From positions 20,460,001 through 20,524,000 of the forward strand of contig OX597829.1 of NCBI GenBank assembly GCA_951406725.2: a stretch of DNA of 64,000 bases, read 5' to 3'. Below, one piece after another: positions 27,644 to 39,284 of this stretch (positions are counted from its first letter, which is position 1; each line of letters begins with the position of its first letter). The position numbers were made by a program, and so were the translations under genes. The notes below the pieces were generated by a model. The model did not search any database. It was given only the letters and a program-made list of their open reading frames with translations, and was not told where the DNA came from. The DNA comes from Octopus vulgaris. Taxonomy: Eukaryota.

Positions 27644-29032
27644 ATGAATATAATAAAAATTGACAATTTTTAAAAATCCATGCCAAATCAGACTAGAGCC
27701 TGGTACAGCTTTCCAGCATGCCAGCCCAGTCAAACCATCCAACCCATGCATGGTCAACAGATGTTAAATGATGATAATGTATATATATAAAAGTTCCCCT
27801 TCAATCATGAATGACCATGGGATTGCACCTAGAAAGTTCCCTTCTGCGGCACAAAGTTTGTTTATGGAAGATCAGAAGTTGTCCATGCATACCAGCCTCC
27901 CTTCTCCATGCCACCAGTGTTATCCAAGAGAAAGGCAAAGGCCAATACAGCTTGGTACCAGTGACATCACAACTCATTTCTACAGCTGAGTGAACTGGAA
28001 GAACATGAAATAAAGTGTCTTGCTCAAGAACACAACACACAGCTCAATATATATATATATATATATCTGTGTCTGTTATCATTTCCTTGTGAGGACATAG
28101 CAAAATAAATTGCAAGCATTACCATTGTGTGAGCAGTGTCATTCATTTCCAGTCTTCTGCAAGGTCATGTCCAGCAATAGGAAACAAGTGAAAGTTGGTG
28201 ACAGGAAGAGCACCCAGTTGTGGAAAATCTCAACAAATTTCATCCAACCCTTGCAGGCATGGAAGAGAGGGAACATTAAAACAGTGATGATGATATAATT
28301 CATGCCATATTAATTGTAATTTAACTAGTATTGTGGCATTAATTATTATTATCATTAAAATATTTCTGGAATCATCCGGTCCATAATATTTTTTTCTTTT
28401 TCTTTTTTCTTTTGTTTTGTTTTGGTTTGTTTATGAATATTATCATTGGAATATTTCTATATTTGAAGGTTTGGTGCGGACCCAAAAACTGCTTGAGCCA
28501 TCCAAATGTTTCTGAGCCAGTCGATATATGTGCACATGATGAAACGTGTGTTGTAAAAACAACACAGACATGCTTTACACCACCCTGCTTGCCTTGGGGT
28601 CACTGTAAACATATATCAAAGATTGAAGATTCTGCTCCCAGAGATATACAAACCAACTGTATACCAAATGAAGCAAAAATCAGTAATAACTGTGCAAAAA
28701 TCAACCTTCTCTTTGACAAATCTCGGATGCCAAAAGTAAGTTGGAATTAAATTCTTCTCTGGGTAAAAATTCATATTACTCAATGACACTGCTGCCACTT
28801 CTGTTAGATTTTCATCTGTTGCTGATATTTCTGATATCATAACAGATGCTATCTCAGGATGAACACTGCAGTAAATTAAGATTTCACTAATATATCTGCT
28901 TTATGTATGATACACCTATTGCTATTTTAACCTAATACTCTTTCTGTTGCATGTTACAAATTATTATGGGGTTGATATAATTGACTAGTCTCCTTCTCTA
29001 AAATTTCAGGGCTTGTGCCTTTAGTAGAAAGG

Positions 29033-29096
<64 letters not shown>

Positions 29097-30780
29097 GGGT
29101 GTGTGGCCTAATGGTTAGGTTGTTGCATTCACAATTGTGAGATTATGGTATCAATTCCTAGACCAGGTGATATGTTGTGTTCTTGGACAAAACACTTTGT
29201 CTCATGTTGTTGCTTTGCAATCATTTTTAACACCTGACATGTGGTCCGCCATGCATTTGAGTGGGCAATGTTTATTTAATGGAGAGAGTGAGTTAATTAA
29301 TATACAGCACATACATTTGATTGCTATAAAACAAATCATTTGTGCCAGTCGTCAGGCAAAATATGAACACTTATACATCATCTTTGACTGGAGACTCCAT
29401 CATCGTTGTTATGGCATTTACAACATGGTTTCAAGCTGGTTTTCAGGAATTTAAACACATCAGTTTTCAACAGACTTTTGCAATAGCTGAAAAGTTCTTT
29501 GAAAATCATGGTGACCAAATTCCTGAAAACTAAGTAATAAGAGGCACCAAAGGAAAATATGAAACTTTACAAAGAAATGTTAAAATTCACATGTTGAATC
29601 TGAGTTTAGTAATTGCCAGTCTGTAGACCTGACTATTACAATTGATTCTTTTATTTTACAGGGTGTATCTGTTGGCAATATCTGCAGTTCTCTTCGAGCC
29701 TTCCCCAAAGTGCAAGCTTATGCCAAGAAAGAAACGATTATTATTCTATGTGCTATCCAACTTCGAAGAGCTGACTCCATTGAAATCACACTGGTAAGTT
29801 AACTTTTGTTCCTATCTTTTATTTGTTTCGGTTAGTAGACTGTGCCCATGCTGGGGCACTGCCTTGAAGAATTTTTAGTCAAACGACTTAACTTCCTGGT
29901 ACTTATTCTATTAGTCTCTTTTACTGAATCACTTAGTTATGGGTATGTGAACGCATCAACATTGGTTGTCAAGCAACAGTGACACACATACACACATACA
30001 ATGAGCTTCTTACTGTTTTCATCTACCAATTCCACTCAGAAGGATTTGCTGGCCTGGGCAAGATCTTTTTGTTTTATTTTATTTATTCATTTATTCATTT
30101 TTGTAATGGAAAACTAGCTGTTATGAACTGAATTTGCCCAAGTGGAAATGAAACAGTTTAGCGCTAGCATTGTTGATGCAGGTGAACTCAAAATATAAGG
30201 AACTGGAATGAACACAACATTGCACTTTGTGCTGCATTCTAACAGCTCTGGCAATCGTATGCTTGGTAATTACAATTGTTTGCAGGCGTGTTTATATCTG
30301 TGTGTGTGCCAAAAGTCATGTACCAAAACATGTGACATTCCTTATTACATTTATTATTATCATTCATTTTGTTCATCATGTACTTGAATACACATTACAT
30401 GTGTATTCATCATAATTTTATTTATTTTATTCAATTTTTAGAAAAATTGAACCTTGTCTTTCATAATTCCAAATCATATTGAATTTATTTGGCTCATGAC
30501 TTTGGGCCCACTCCATATATCAAAATATCTGAGCAGTAGAGAGTGCACACTGTGAAATATATTATTGTCTGCATAATATTAATTGCATTCTCTTTTCTTT
30601 AACGTTTCAGTCACTGGATATGAAGCACAATGATAATTCAGGAACCCTGATTTCTACCTTAAAAGATCTTGTTGAAGAAACGGCTAATGCTGTCAGTCAA
30701 AAACTTGTCAATAGCAGTGCCTTAAAAGCTGTCATCGATGTCCAGGTACAAACTAATATCATCCCCAAAAAAACCTTCAG
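8417..30780 (+). CDS. JAG: Jagged/Serrate-family Notch ligand, partial gene model (16 internal exons; 5' DSL exons and TM/cytoplasmic exon not in window)
   Basis: GT-AG exons encode tandem EGF repeats, the Jagged-type interrupted EGF ([35 protein letters not shown]), a VWC-like Cys-rich region ([28 protein letters not shown]) and [16 protein letters not shown]. Phases are compatible except at the two 112-nt exons. Confidence 0.95.
9117..9344 (+). CDS. JAG: Jagged exon, two Ca-binding EGF repeats (228 nt)
   Basis: taacag|ATATTGAC...GATATGA|gtaagt; [16 protein letters not shown]...[10 protein letters not shown]...GKNCDM. Confidence 0.95.
10004..10050 (+). CDS. JAG: Jagged micro-exon (47 nt), first half of an EGF repeat
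   Basis: ttgcag|ACATCATT...TGCGTT|gtgagt; [16 protein letters not shown]. Confidence 0.9.
10943..11116 (+). CDS. JAG: Jagged exon, EGF (174 nt)
   Basis: ttgtag|AACCTTGTG...TGTCAG|gtaggt; [19 protein letters not shown]...GYVGLQCQ. Confidence 0.95.
12326..12476 (+). CDS. JAG: Jagged exon, EGF (151 nt)
   Basis: actag|ATTGCT...TGTGAAG|gttagc; [50 protein letters not shown]. Confidence 0.93.
12963..13127 (+). CDS. JAG: Jagged exon, interrupted EGF diagnostic of Jagged/Serrate (165 nt)
   Basis: aacag|TTATTGAC...CATGAAA|gtaag; [55 protein letters not shown]. Confidence 0.96.
13788..14150. mobile_element. Fold-back non-autonomous derivative of the PLE at 33650-39248, with a 13-bp flanking duplication
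   Basis: Inverted arms ~13846-13996 and 14002-14152; TAAAAATTGAATA at 13775-13787 and 14151-14163. Confidence 0.85.
14653..14766 (+). CDS. JAG: Jagged exon, EGF (114 nt)
   Basis: tttcag|ACATAAAT...AGCCGCA|gtgagt; [38 protein letters not shown]. Confidence 0.94.
15984..16095 (+). CDS. JAG: Jagged EGF exon with apparent 2-nt deletion frameshift (112 nt)
   Basis: ttccag|ACACC...TTCAA|gtaag; [25 protein letters not shown] is in one frame and [12 protein letters not shown] in another; the shift falls in the TG run at 16055-16061. Confidence 0.85.
17579..17690 (+). CDS. JAG: Jagged EGF exon with apparent 2-nt deletion frameshift (112 nt)
   Basis: ttacag|AAGTGAGTCTGTGAT...CAAATAG|gtaatt; [34 protein letters not shown] is out of frame with a phase-1 start. 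Confidence 0.83.
19113..19425 (+). mobile_element. tRNA-derived SINE
   Basis: A box TGGCCTAGTGG and B box GGTTCGAATC, then an unrelated body and an (ACA)n tail. Confidence 0.7.
19660..19804 (+). CDS. JAG: Jagged exon, EGF (145 nt)
   Basis: tcaaag|CTTCTTGG...CCTTG|gtaact; [47 protein letters not shown]. Confidence 0.94.
20870..20955 (+). CDS. JAG: Jagged exon, EGF (86 nt)
   Basis: tttcag|TTACAAT...AGAATAA|gtaagc; [29 protein letters not shown]. Confidence 0.95.
21077..21306 (+). mobile_element. SINE of the GGCGGCGAGCTGGCAGAA family (other copies or fragments ~13534, 14820, 17286, 20493, 20634, 21730)
   Basis: Shared AGTTCAA.TTC.GC.GAGGT..ACTTTGCCTTTCATCC...TAAGTACCAG motif across many dispersed copies. 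Confidence 0.8.
22353..22652. mobile_element. Fold-back non-autonomous derivative of the same PLE, flanked by (TA)n
   Basis: Inverted arms centred near 22533; same sequence as 33650-33830. Confidence 0.85.
23738..26190 (-). mobile_element. Penelope-like element (Neptune-type), 5'-truncated, RT plus GIY-YIG, disrupted
   Basis: [69 protein letters not shown]; break at 25896; pyrimidine-rich 3' UTR. Confidence 0.92.
26373..26486 (+). CDS. JAG: Jagged exon, last EGF repeat (114 nt)
   Basis: ttgcag|ATATACAA...GAAAATG|gttagt; [38 protein letters not shown]. Confidence 0.94.
26908..27032 (+). CDS. JAG: Jagged exon, start of cysteine-rich/VWC domain (125 nt)
   Basis: tttcag|TTATTGGA...ACAAAG|gtaagg; [42 protein letters not shown]. 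Confidence 0.93.
27307..27642 (+). mobile_element. 3' fragment of the CR1/L2-group LINE at 4513-7718, with (TTA)n tail
   Basis: [18 protein letters not shown]...EIRRNYT is near-identical to the C-terminus of ORF 4593-5576. Confidence 0.92.
28469..28735 (+). CDS. JAG: Jagged exon, cysteine-rich domain (267 nt)
   Basis: ttgaag|GTTTGG...CCAAAA|gtaagt; [12 protein letters not shown]...[12 protein letters not shown]...[17 protein letters not shown]. Confidence 0.95.
29662..29793 (+). CDS. JAG: Jagged exon, juxtamembrane region (132 nt)
   Basis: ttacag|GGTGTA...ACACTG|gtaagt; [44 protein letters not shown]. Confidence 0.9.
30611..30780 (+). CDS. JAG: Jagged exon, juxtamembrane region (170 nt), last exon seen
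   Basis: tttcag|TCACTGGAT...CCTTCAG|gtaatt; [56 protein letters not shown]. Confidence 0.85.
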
Positions 30781-31504
30781 GTAATTTCAAAGGAATTTTC
30801 ACCTTTGTTCTTATGTTATAAATTCTTATGTGAGTGGATATTTTGAGTTTATTGATGCCTGCTATTCTAATACTTAAAGAATAAAAAGTTTTGAATGGTA
30901 CAACAATGTACTATAATATAGACAATGGGCTATTTACCTGTTGTAATTTAGTTATCCATGGTCTGATACGATGTTTCAGAATTACATTCCTTCTTCAGAT
31001 ATTCTTAAATAAGAATTATCTGTATTATAGTGCATTGTTGTACCATTCAAAACTTTTTATTCTTTACAAACAATACACAATGCTTCAAGCCAACTACAAT
31101 ACTCTCCTATCTAATACTTAGGCATTTAAACCAGCCATATCTGGCCATTTTTCAGCCTCTCACGCCTACCCTGCGATGTCATACTAAAAATGATGCAAGC
31201 ACATCATCAAAATCTCAATGTAAAAACAAATAAAGCATGATTAATTCAAAACAATGCGCATTCATAAGGATAAAATTTAATTTAATAAATATATTCTCAG
31301 ACGAATTCATATTTCAACAAAATTGCATCAACAGTTATTTCCCCCTGTTTATTGTTTATGCCTATGTAACAAAGAAAAATGACATCTTGATTCACCCATC
31401 CGCCTGTTTTGAAGATAATCAAACCATAATAATGAGTTCGAGCCACTCACCCAATGAGTATTTCTGCCAAATTTGGTGAAAATCCATTCAGCCGTTTTCC
31501 AGTA

Positions 31505-31536
<32 letters not shown>

Positions 31537-31569
31537 TAAATATATATATAAATTCCCTCTCCACACACA

Positions 31570-33568
31570 CAAATGCAAATAGAATCTCCGCAGAGGAGAA
31601 AAACAAGCCTTACAAAAACTGAAAAATGATAAGTCAATCATTATAAAAGAAGCTGACAAAGGTGGAGCAATAGTAATTATGGATACAGATTACTACAAAG
31701 AAAAGATACTGGAGTTACTGAACAACCAGACATACTATAAAGAGGAACCAACACCACCGGAGAAAGCAACAATAAAAAAAATTAGAACTTTAGTCAATTA
31801 ATACCAGAACTCCTTTACAGATAAGTAGAAAGAGTGTCTATGCAACTCAAGAACCAAAGAAAGCAATTTTTATGGATTACCTAAAATTCATAAAAGCTCT
31901 GAAATACAGAGAGCCATAAAGGAACAGAGGAACCACTATATAAGAATACAAAGGCCTGCAGACCTCACAATGAGACCAATAGTGGCAGGACTCCAGGCAC
32001 CAACACAACAACTAAGCCACTTCATAGATATACTCCTCAAACCTTTATGCCCACAGATACCAAGCTACATAAGGGATGACATAGACTTCCTCACACACAA
32101 TCCAAATACAGTCCCGAAAAACACCATACTTGCAAGCTTTGATGTCACAAATCTATGCACAAACATACCACACACCCTAGGTCTAGAAGCAATAAAACAA
32201 TCGATAGAAAAATACAGAGAACTTATAGACGAACGCTTTAAGACAAACTTTATCACCCAAGCCACCCAATTAATACTCGAAGAAAATACATTCTCATTCA
32301 ACAACAAGACATACCGACAGATAAAAGGCACGGCTATGGGTACAAAATTCGCACCTTCATATGCCAACCTGGTGATGGGTTTCCTGGAGAACAAACTATA
32401 CGATGAAATAGGGAAAGTCTTCGAACAAGACTTCAGAGAAGACATCAAGAAAAAGTGGAAACGCTACCTCGATGACTGCTTCATCTTTTGGAACAGATCA
32501 GAGGAAGACCTACGAACATTCCACAACATCCTCAATACGCTGCACCCATCTATCAACTTCACAATAGATACCAGCCACAACGAACTTCCCTTCCTAGACA
32601 TCAACATCAAAATACACAACTCCATCGTCACAACAGACACCCACTACAAAAAAACTGACATACACCATTATTTAAATTTCCACTCATGCCACCCATCCCA
32701 CACAAAAAGAAACATCCCATATAGTATGGCAAGACGAATATGTAGCATAGTAACTGATTCACAAATACGATTAATAAGACTAGATGAACTCAAAAACTTC
32801 GTCCTAGAGCAAAAATACCCCCTTAAACTAATAGAAAATGGAATCACAAGAGCATTAAAACTAGACATCGCACATCTCAGGACACCCAAAACAAAAATCA
32901 AAGAAAACATTATCCCTTTTATAAACACGCACAACCCTGGAGTTACCAACATCTTCCAAACTATACATTCAAACCTACCAATAGCCTTACAAAGCCCCAA
33001 AATGAAAAACATATTAAACAAATATAGCATAAAAAACAGTAGACGACAGGACAAAAACCTAAAGAAACACCTAACAAGAGCGAAATTCTCTTCAGAAAGT
33101 AAAACGGAATTCTTTGCAAAAGAGTGCGGAGATGGTAGATGTGGGATCTGCAGCAACCCCACCAACAAATACATAGAGGGAAACAGAGAGATGAGATTTA
33201 AAAGTGGTTACGTATTCAAAGTAAATGCAGATATGAACTGCAAGATGCAGAACGTTATATACTGCATAACCTGCCCCGCGTGCAAGGAGAATTCTTTGTG
33301 CCAGCGAGCCAGGATTCACCGACAACATATTCGGCTGGAAGAACTACGCAAAATACCACTAAGTACACACCTAGCTACGTGTGGAGAAGGAAAATTTAAG
33401 ATCTTTCCCTTCTACAAAGGTCCGAAGAACGACACCTCTTTCAGGAGGAATATGGAAAAATATTTCATAGCTAAGTTCTCCCCCAAATTAAATGGCTGAA
33501 ATTTTACTCGTCATACATTGAAGGACAAATCTTTCGATTTACAATATAATATAGTAGAACATTTAATA

Positions 33569-33578
<10 letters not shown>
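31570..33578 (+). mobile_element. Penelope-like element (Neptune-type), degenerate
   Basis: IIIKEADKGGAIVIMD and FYGLPKIHK upstream with stops; ORF 31970-33499 has SFDVTNL, GTAMGTKFAPSYANL and RYLDD; the endonuclease keeps VIYCITCPAC but lacks the YIG segment. Confidence 0.92.
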
Positions 33579-33651
<73 letters not shown>

Positions 33652-34390
33652 GTTTAAATATTTGTTGCGCAAGATTTTTTATGTGAAGTCATGTGTTGAA
33701 ACAGATATTGTTATATTTCGGAATGGTCATATTGCCAGTTTAGCCAATAAAAACACACGCACTATATATTTGGTGTTATTTTGCTTCAGTGATATTTATT
33801 TTTTACATTAATCTTAATCTTATTTCGGCCAAAGTTCTTTCGTCACACTCCTGTGACCGCATCAGTGGTCCTTTGTTTTCTTCTCACTTACTTGTGTCTC
33901 TCCTTACTAACCGTCAGCCATTTTGTATTTCTATTGTATGTCTTCATTTGCGCATGCTTATATCTCTATGTGCGTCTATGTTTATTTAGTGTGTGGGGGG
34001 GGATGTCTGTAATATTTGTATCTTCTGGTTATATACATTCTTGTAATTTGTATTTTGTTTTTGTTGTTGTTGCTTTTGTTCTAATTTTGTTCATGTGTTT
34101 ACATCCACCCATTATTATCATTACATATGCTTGTATGTATGTATAACAACAATATTAGTAATAATAATAATAAATCTAATCGAGAAAAAAAAAAAAAAAA
34201 AAAAAGAATATACATATACATATATATATATATATACATACACATACATATACATATATATATATACATATATACACACATATATACACATATACATATA
34301 CATATATATACACATATACATACACATAGATATTCATTTCTATTTCTTTAATTACCTGTGTATTTATTATGTTTGCAGGATCCACTATTG

Positions 34391-36793
34391 TCATATGTTG
34401 TGGTGTGCGCTATTGCTCCATTCTAGTTTTCTATTCAGGCTAGGTTTATTTTCTATTATATGTGTAGCTTCTGTAATTTGTCTAATTGTTGCATCTGTTC
34501 TATGTGTGGACAATATCTTAATCTCTATGTTATTGATTGATCCCCCGTGTTCTTGTTCGGCGTGTTGGTACAGAATCGATGAGCTTTTACCTTCCTTGAG
34601 TTGTCTCCAATGTTCATTCACCCGCTCACCAATGCTTCTTGCAGTTTCCCCTACGTATGTTACTGTCTTGTTACTGCATCGTCCCTCTATACATCTTATA
34701 CTATAGACCACATTTCTGGCTTTACAGTTCGTTTGTGGGCTAAATCTACATACAGTGCAATAGTTATCCGTACAGAGAGTTCTACTAAAAGGATAGGTTC
34801 TACCAATTATAGATCTGATAGGGTTGCCTGGCTTTTCAACAACCTTAATTCTTAGTTTAAGTTTATCTAGGGTCCTTCTAAAGCGGTACGCTAGTTCACC
34901 TCCAGGGGTGGTGTCAACGAACATGACACTCTGGTATTTATGGCTATCATACCAAGAGTTGGCCTTCCTTATTTTCTTTTTTGTCCTTTCTATAGTGTTC
35001 CATGACTTGTTCCTATAGAGTGGGCAAATCCCATTCCTATCATTACATAATATATTATCAAATTTCTTCATGGCTCCTTTGTATACTCTGATCCTTTCTT
35101 TATGGCTGTAACCTGAGAACTGCATGCGGTGAATGAAATACTGTATGTGTCTCTTTAATTCTGTAGGCTCGCACATGCGTGACACATTTCTCATTATTCT
35201 GACGAGGTCTGCCATCAAAATATTGAATTTGGCATTGCCCGCAATGGCTGAGTTCCGGTGGATCAGGTATTTTGAGGCCATAGGTTTTGCATAGTATGAA
35301 TGAAGGATTTGGGTTTTATTTTTCACAATTTCTAGCCAGAGTTCAGTGTCTAGTACTGGTAGTCTATGGTTGGGGTGTTTAGTGGGGTAGTCTATTGTGA
35401 CCTTAATACTCTGGTGGATGGAGTTAGCTATTTGCTGGATGCTCTCCATAGTATTAGTTTCTATTACTATATCAACCGTACTCTCTTGTGCGGGTGCCTT
35501 TACTACTATATTGATATCATCAACATAGCGAGAGTACATGTTTACGAGTATGGATTTCTGCAGTAGGCATTCTTTAAGCCTTCTGTCCCACCATACCATG
35601 AAGAGGTTGGCCACATCACCAGCGATACTAACACCGATGGCTGCCCCCTCGTCCTGGGCATATATTTTATTATTAAATTTAAATGTGTGGCCTTTTAGGG
35701 TAACTCTTATACTAGCTCCTAGTGCATGTGCGATCATTTTCTTTACCTGATGGACATTTGCGGGGCTCCGTATGGCTCTGGTCCATCCACGCCATCTTTC
35801 TATATGTGTCTTCCTAGCCATAGAAGTAATTGTAGGCGGTCTACCTCTTAAACATCTACTGGGGCAGAAACTACTAAGATTATGTTTATCTAAGTATTCA
35901 CTATTATATGTCAGTCTAAGTAGGAGGCCCAGTTCTTCTGTGTCGACATTACAGAACTCCACCTGGCTCTCGTTGATCATCTCCACGCACTTCTCCACTG
36001 CAAAATCTACGTCAATCGATGGGTATAGGGATACCACATCCATGCTACCTACTATACATCCTGTCAAGTCACAAGTTTTGTTACAGTCACTGATCCTGCT
36101 TAGGAGATCTTCTGTGCTGTCACATACATCAGGTGACATCCTGATTATAGGGCGTATGATCATTGAGAGGAAGTAGGAGATTCTGTAATTGCTAGCGATA
36201 TTCGCTCCACAGACTGGTCTTGTTGGTGGTCCTGCTATAGGGTCAGTAAAACCTTTATGGTCCTTGCGAAGTCCATACAGTGCCGGGATATCATTGTTCC
36301 AGGCTTGGAAATTCTTTGCAGTACGTTTCTGAGGTCCCAGAACAATTGTCCACATCATCATGTGGGCATTGAGGACCTTTTCTCTCTCCTCATGCGCCTG
36401 TACAGTTGTTACTTTTGTATTGGCGATATGAGGTTGCATTGCCTGGATGTAGTTCGGTAAGCTGTCTATTGACATCCTGCCTGACTTATCCGTGGGAAGG
36501 CATATCACCTCTCCGTTCCTCGTGCGCTGAATGAGCTTCTGTAGGCCACATGCAGGTTTAATCCCTAGTTGTTGGGCATCTGTCTTATTCTGTCTCTGTC
36601 TCTTAATGTATAAACCTAAAATCTGTCTAAGTTTGGTCCTAGCTATTGTGAACTGTGCTTCCATGTGGTCATTAGTACGTCTTGGGATGTATACCCTTTT
36701 GTTGAAGGGTAATGTTGTTGGATAAATTCGGTTCATGCAGTAAGTTTTGTCGCATACGTTGAAGAATTGAGTGTCAAAGGGATGGGTATACAT
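34391..36793 (-). CDS. PLE reverse transcriptase plus GIY-YIG endonuclease (800 aa from first Met; frame open to ~37021)
   Basis: [55 protein letters not shown]...[16 protein letters not shown]...EA...PSLN. Confidence 0.93.
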   Translation of the reverse strand: MYTHPFDTQFFNVCDKTYCMNRIYPTTLPFNKRVYIPRRTNDHMEAQFTIARTKLRQILGLYIKRQRQNKTDAQQLGIKPACGLQKLIQRTRNGEVICLPTDKSGRMSIDSLPNYIQAMQPHIANTKVTTVQAHEEREKVLNAHMMMWTIVLGPQKRTAKNFQAWNNDIPALYGLRKDHKGFTDPIAGPPTRPVCGANIASNYRISYFLSMIIRPIIRMSPDVCDSTEDLLSRISDCNKTCDLTGCIVGSMDVVSLYPSIDVDFAVEKCVEMINESQVEFCNVDTEELGLLLRLTYNSEYLDKHNLSSFCPSRCLRGRPPTITSMARKTHIERWRGWTRAIRSPANVHQVKKMIAHALGASIRVTLKGHTFKFNNKIYAQDEGAAIGVSIAGDVANLFMVWWDRRLKECLLQKSILVNMYSRYVDDINIVVKAPAQESTVDIVIETNTMESIQQIANSIHQSIKVTIDYPTKHPNHRLPVLDTELWLEIVKNKTQILHSYYAKPMASKYLIHRNSAIAGNAKFNILMADLVRIMRNVSRMCEPTELKRHIQYFIHRMQFSGYSHKERIRVYKGAMKKFDNILCNDRNGICPLYRNKSWNTIERTKKKIRKANSWYDSHKYQSVMFVDTTPGGELAYRFRRTLDKLKLRIKVVEKPGNPIRSIIGRTYPFSRTLCTDNYCTVCRFSPQTNCKARNVVYSIRCIEGRCSNKTVTYVGETARSIGERVNEHWRQLKEGKSSSILYQHAEQEHGGSINNIEIKILSTHRTDATIRQITEATHIIENKPSLNRKLEWSNSAHHNI

Positions 36794-37026
36794 GTCAATG
36801 GTCTCTCTAGGGTTATCTTCATTATCGTTACTGTTTCCAACATCAGCCTTCCTATTATTATTATCACCATTACCACTACTACTACTACTACTAGTATTCC
36901 TATTACCACCACAACTATCACTACTATCCTCATTACTACTTCTACTGTTACCATCACCACTACTACTACCACTATTATTGTTATTACCTATATTCCTACC
37001 ATTGCCATTATTACTATTACATTATG

Positions 37027-38563
37027 CCTCCTACTTAGACTGACATATAATAGTGAATACTTAGATAAACATAATCTTAGTAGTTTCTGCCCCAGTAGAT
37101 GTTTAAGAGGTAGACCGCCTACAATTACTTCTATGGCTAGGAAGACACATATAGAAAGATGGCGTGGATGGACCAGAGCCATACGGAGCCCCGCAAATGT
37201 CCATCAGGTAAAGAAAATGATCGCACATGCACTAGGAGCTAGTATAAGAGTTACCCTAAAAGGCCACACATTTAAATTTAATAATAAAATATATGCCCAG
37301 GACGAGGGGGCAGCCATCGGTGTTAGTATCGCTGGTGATGTGGCCAACCTCTTCATGGTATGGTGGGACAGAAGGCTTAAAGAATGCCTACTGCAGAAAT
37401 CCATACTCGTAAACATGTACTCTCGCTATGTTGATGATATCAATATAGTAGTAAAGGCACCCGCACAAGAGAGTACGGTTGATATAGTAATAGAAACTAA
37501 TACTATGGAGAGCATCCAGCAAATAGCTAACTCCATCCACCAGAGTATTAAGGTCACAATAGACTACCCCACTAAACACCCCAACCATAGACTACCAGTA
37601 CTAGACACTGAACTCTGGCTAGAAATTGTGAAAAATAAAACCCAAATCCTTCATTCATACTATGCAAAACCTATGGCCTCAAAATACCTGATCCACCGGA
37701 ACTCAGCCATTGCGGGCAATGCCAAATTCAATATTTTGATGGCAGACCTCGTCAGAATAATGAGAAATGTGTCACGCATGTGCGAGCCTACAGAATTAAA
37801 GAGACACATACAGTATTTCATTCACCGCATGCAGTTCTCAGGTTACAGCCATAAAGAAAGGATCAGAGTATACAAAGGAGCCATGAAGAAATTTGATAAT
37901 ATATTATGTAATGATAGGAATGGGATTTGCCCACTCTATAGGAACAAGTCATGGAACACTATAGAAAGGACAAAAAAGAAAATAAGGAAGGCCAACTCTT
38001 GGTATGATAGCCATAAATACCAGAGTGTCATGTTCGTTGACACCACCCCTGGAGGTGAACTAGCGTACCGCTTTAGAAGGACCCTAGATAAACTTAAACT
38101 AAGAATTAAGGTTGTTGAAAAGCCAGGCAACCCTATCAGATCTATAATTGGTAGAACCTATCCTTTTAGTAGAACTCTCTGTACGGATAACTATTGCACT
38201 GTATGTAGATTTAGCCCACAAACGAACTGTAAAGCCAGAAATGTGGTCTATAGTATAAGATGTATAGAGGGACGATGCAGTAACAAGACAGTAACATACG
38301 TAGGGGAAACTGCAAGAAGCATTGGTGAGCGGGTGAATGAACATTGGAGACAACTCAAGGAAGGTAAAAGCTCATCGATTCTGTACCAACACGCCGAACA
38401 AGAACACGGGGGATCAATCAATAACATAGAGATTAAGATATTGTCCACACATAGAACAGATGCAACAATTAGACAAATTACAGAAGCTACACATATAATA
38501 GAAAATAAACCTAGCCTGAATAGAAAACTAGAATGGAGCAATAGCGCACACCACAACATATGA
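37027..38563 (+). pseudogene. Inverted 5'-truncated duplicate of the PLE ORF (C-terminal part)
   Basis: From [11 protein letters not shown] to SAHHNI the translation is identical to the minus-strand ORF. Confidence 0.9.
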
Positions 38564-39081
38564 CAATAGTGGATCCTGCAAACATAATAAATACACAGGT
38601 AATTAAAGAAATAGAAATGAATATCTATGTGTATGTATATGTGTATATATATGTATATGTATATGTGTATATATGTGTGTATATATGTATATATATATAT
38701 GTATATGTATGTGTATGTATATATATATATATATGTATATGTATATTCTTTTTTTTTTTTTTTTTTTTTCTCGATTAGATTTATTATTATTATTACTAAT
38801 ATTGTTGTTATACATACATACAAGCATATGTAATGATAATAATGGGTGGATGTAAACACATGAACAAAATTAGAACAAAAGCAACAACAACAAAAACAAA
38901 ATACAAATTACAAGAATGTATATAACCAGAAGATACAAATATTACAGACATCCCCCCCACACACTAAATAAACATAGACGCACATAGAGATATAAGCATG
39001 TGCAAATGAAGACATACAATAGAAATACAAAATGGCTGACGGTTAGTAAGGAGAGACACAAGTAAGTGAGAAGAAAACAAA

Positions 39082-39126
39082 GGACCACTGATGCGGTCAC
39101 AGGAGTGTGACGAAAGAACTTTGGCC
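39082..39126 (+). ncRNA. Hammerhead-like variant in PLE 3' UTR (also 33827-33871 minus, 61586-61630 plus)
   Basis: GGACCA-CTGATGCG-GTCAC-AGGAGT-GTGAC-GAAA-GAAC-TT-TGGCC; non-canonical core. Confidence 0.45.
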
Positions 39127-39240
39127 GAAATAAGATTAAGATTAATGTAAAAAATAAATATCACTGAAGCAAAATAACACCAAATATATAGTGCGTGTGT
39201 TTTTATTGGCTAAACTGGCAATATGACCATTCCGAAATAT

Positions 39241-39284
<44 letters not shown>

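Larger units (their letters stand above)
33650..39248. mobile_element. Fold-back Penelope-like element: long minus-strand copy plus inverted 2.2-kb partial copy
   Basis: Arms 33705-35928 and 37026-39248 are near-identical reverse complements; flanked by (TA)n on both sides. Confidence 0.95.

Noticed and set aside
34391-36793. Selenocysteine recoding as reported for some Naiad PLEs
   Set aside because: No in-frame TGA interrupts the ORF, so nothing in the sequence requires it.
36767-37025. Thr/Ile-rich N-terminus of the 598-aa plus-strand ORF as a novel fusion protein
   Set aside because: It is the antisense reading of the PLE low-complexity linker, joined in frame by chance at the fold-back junction.
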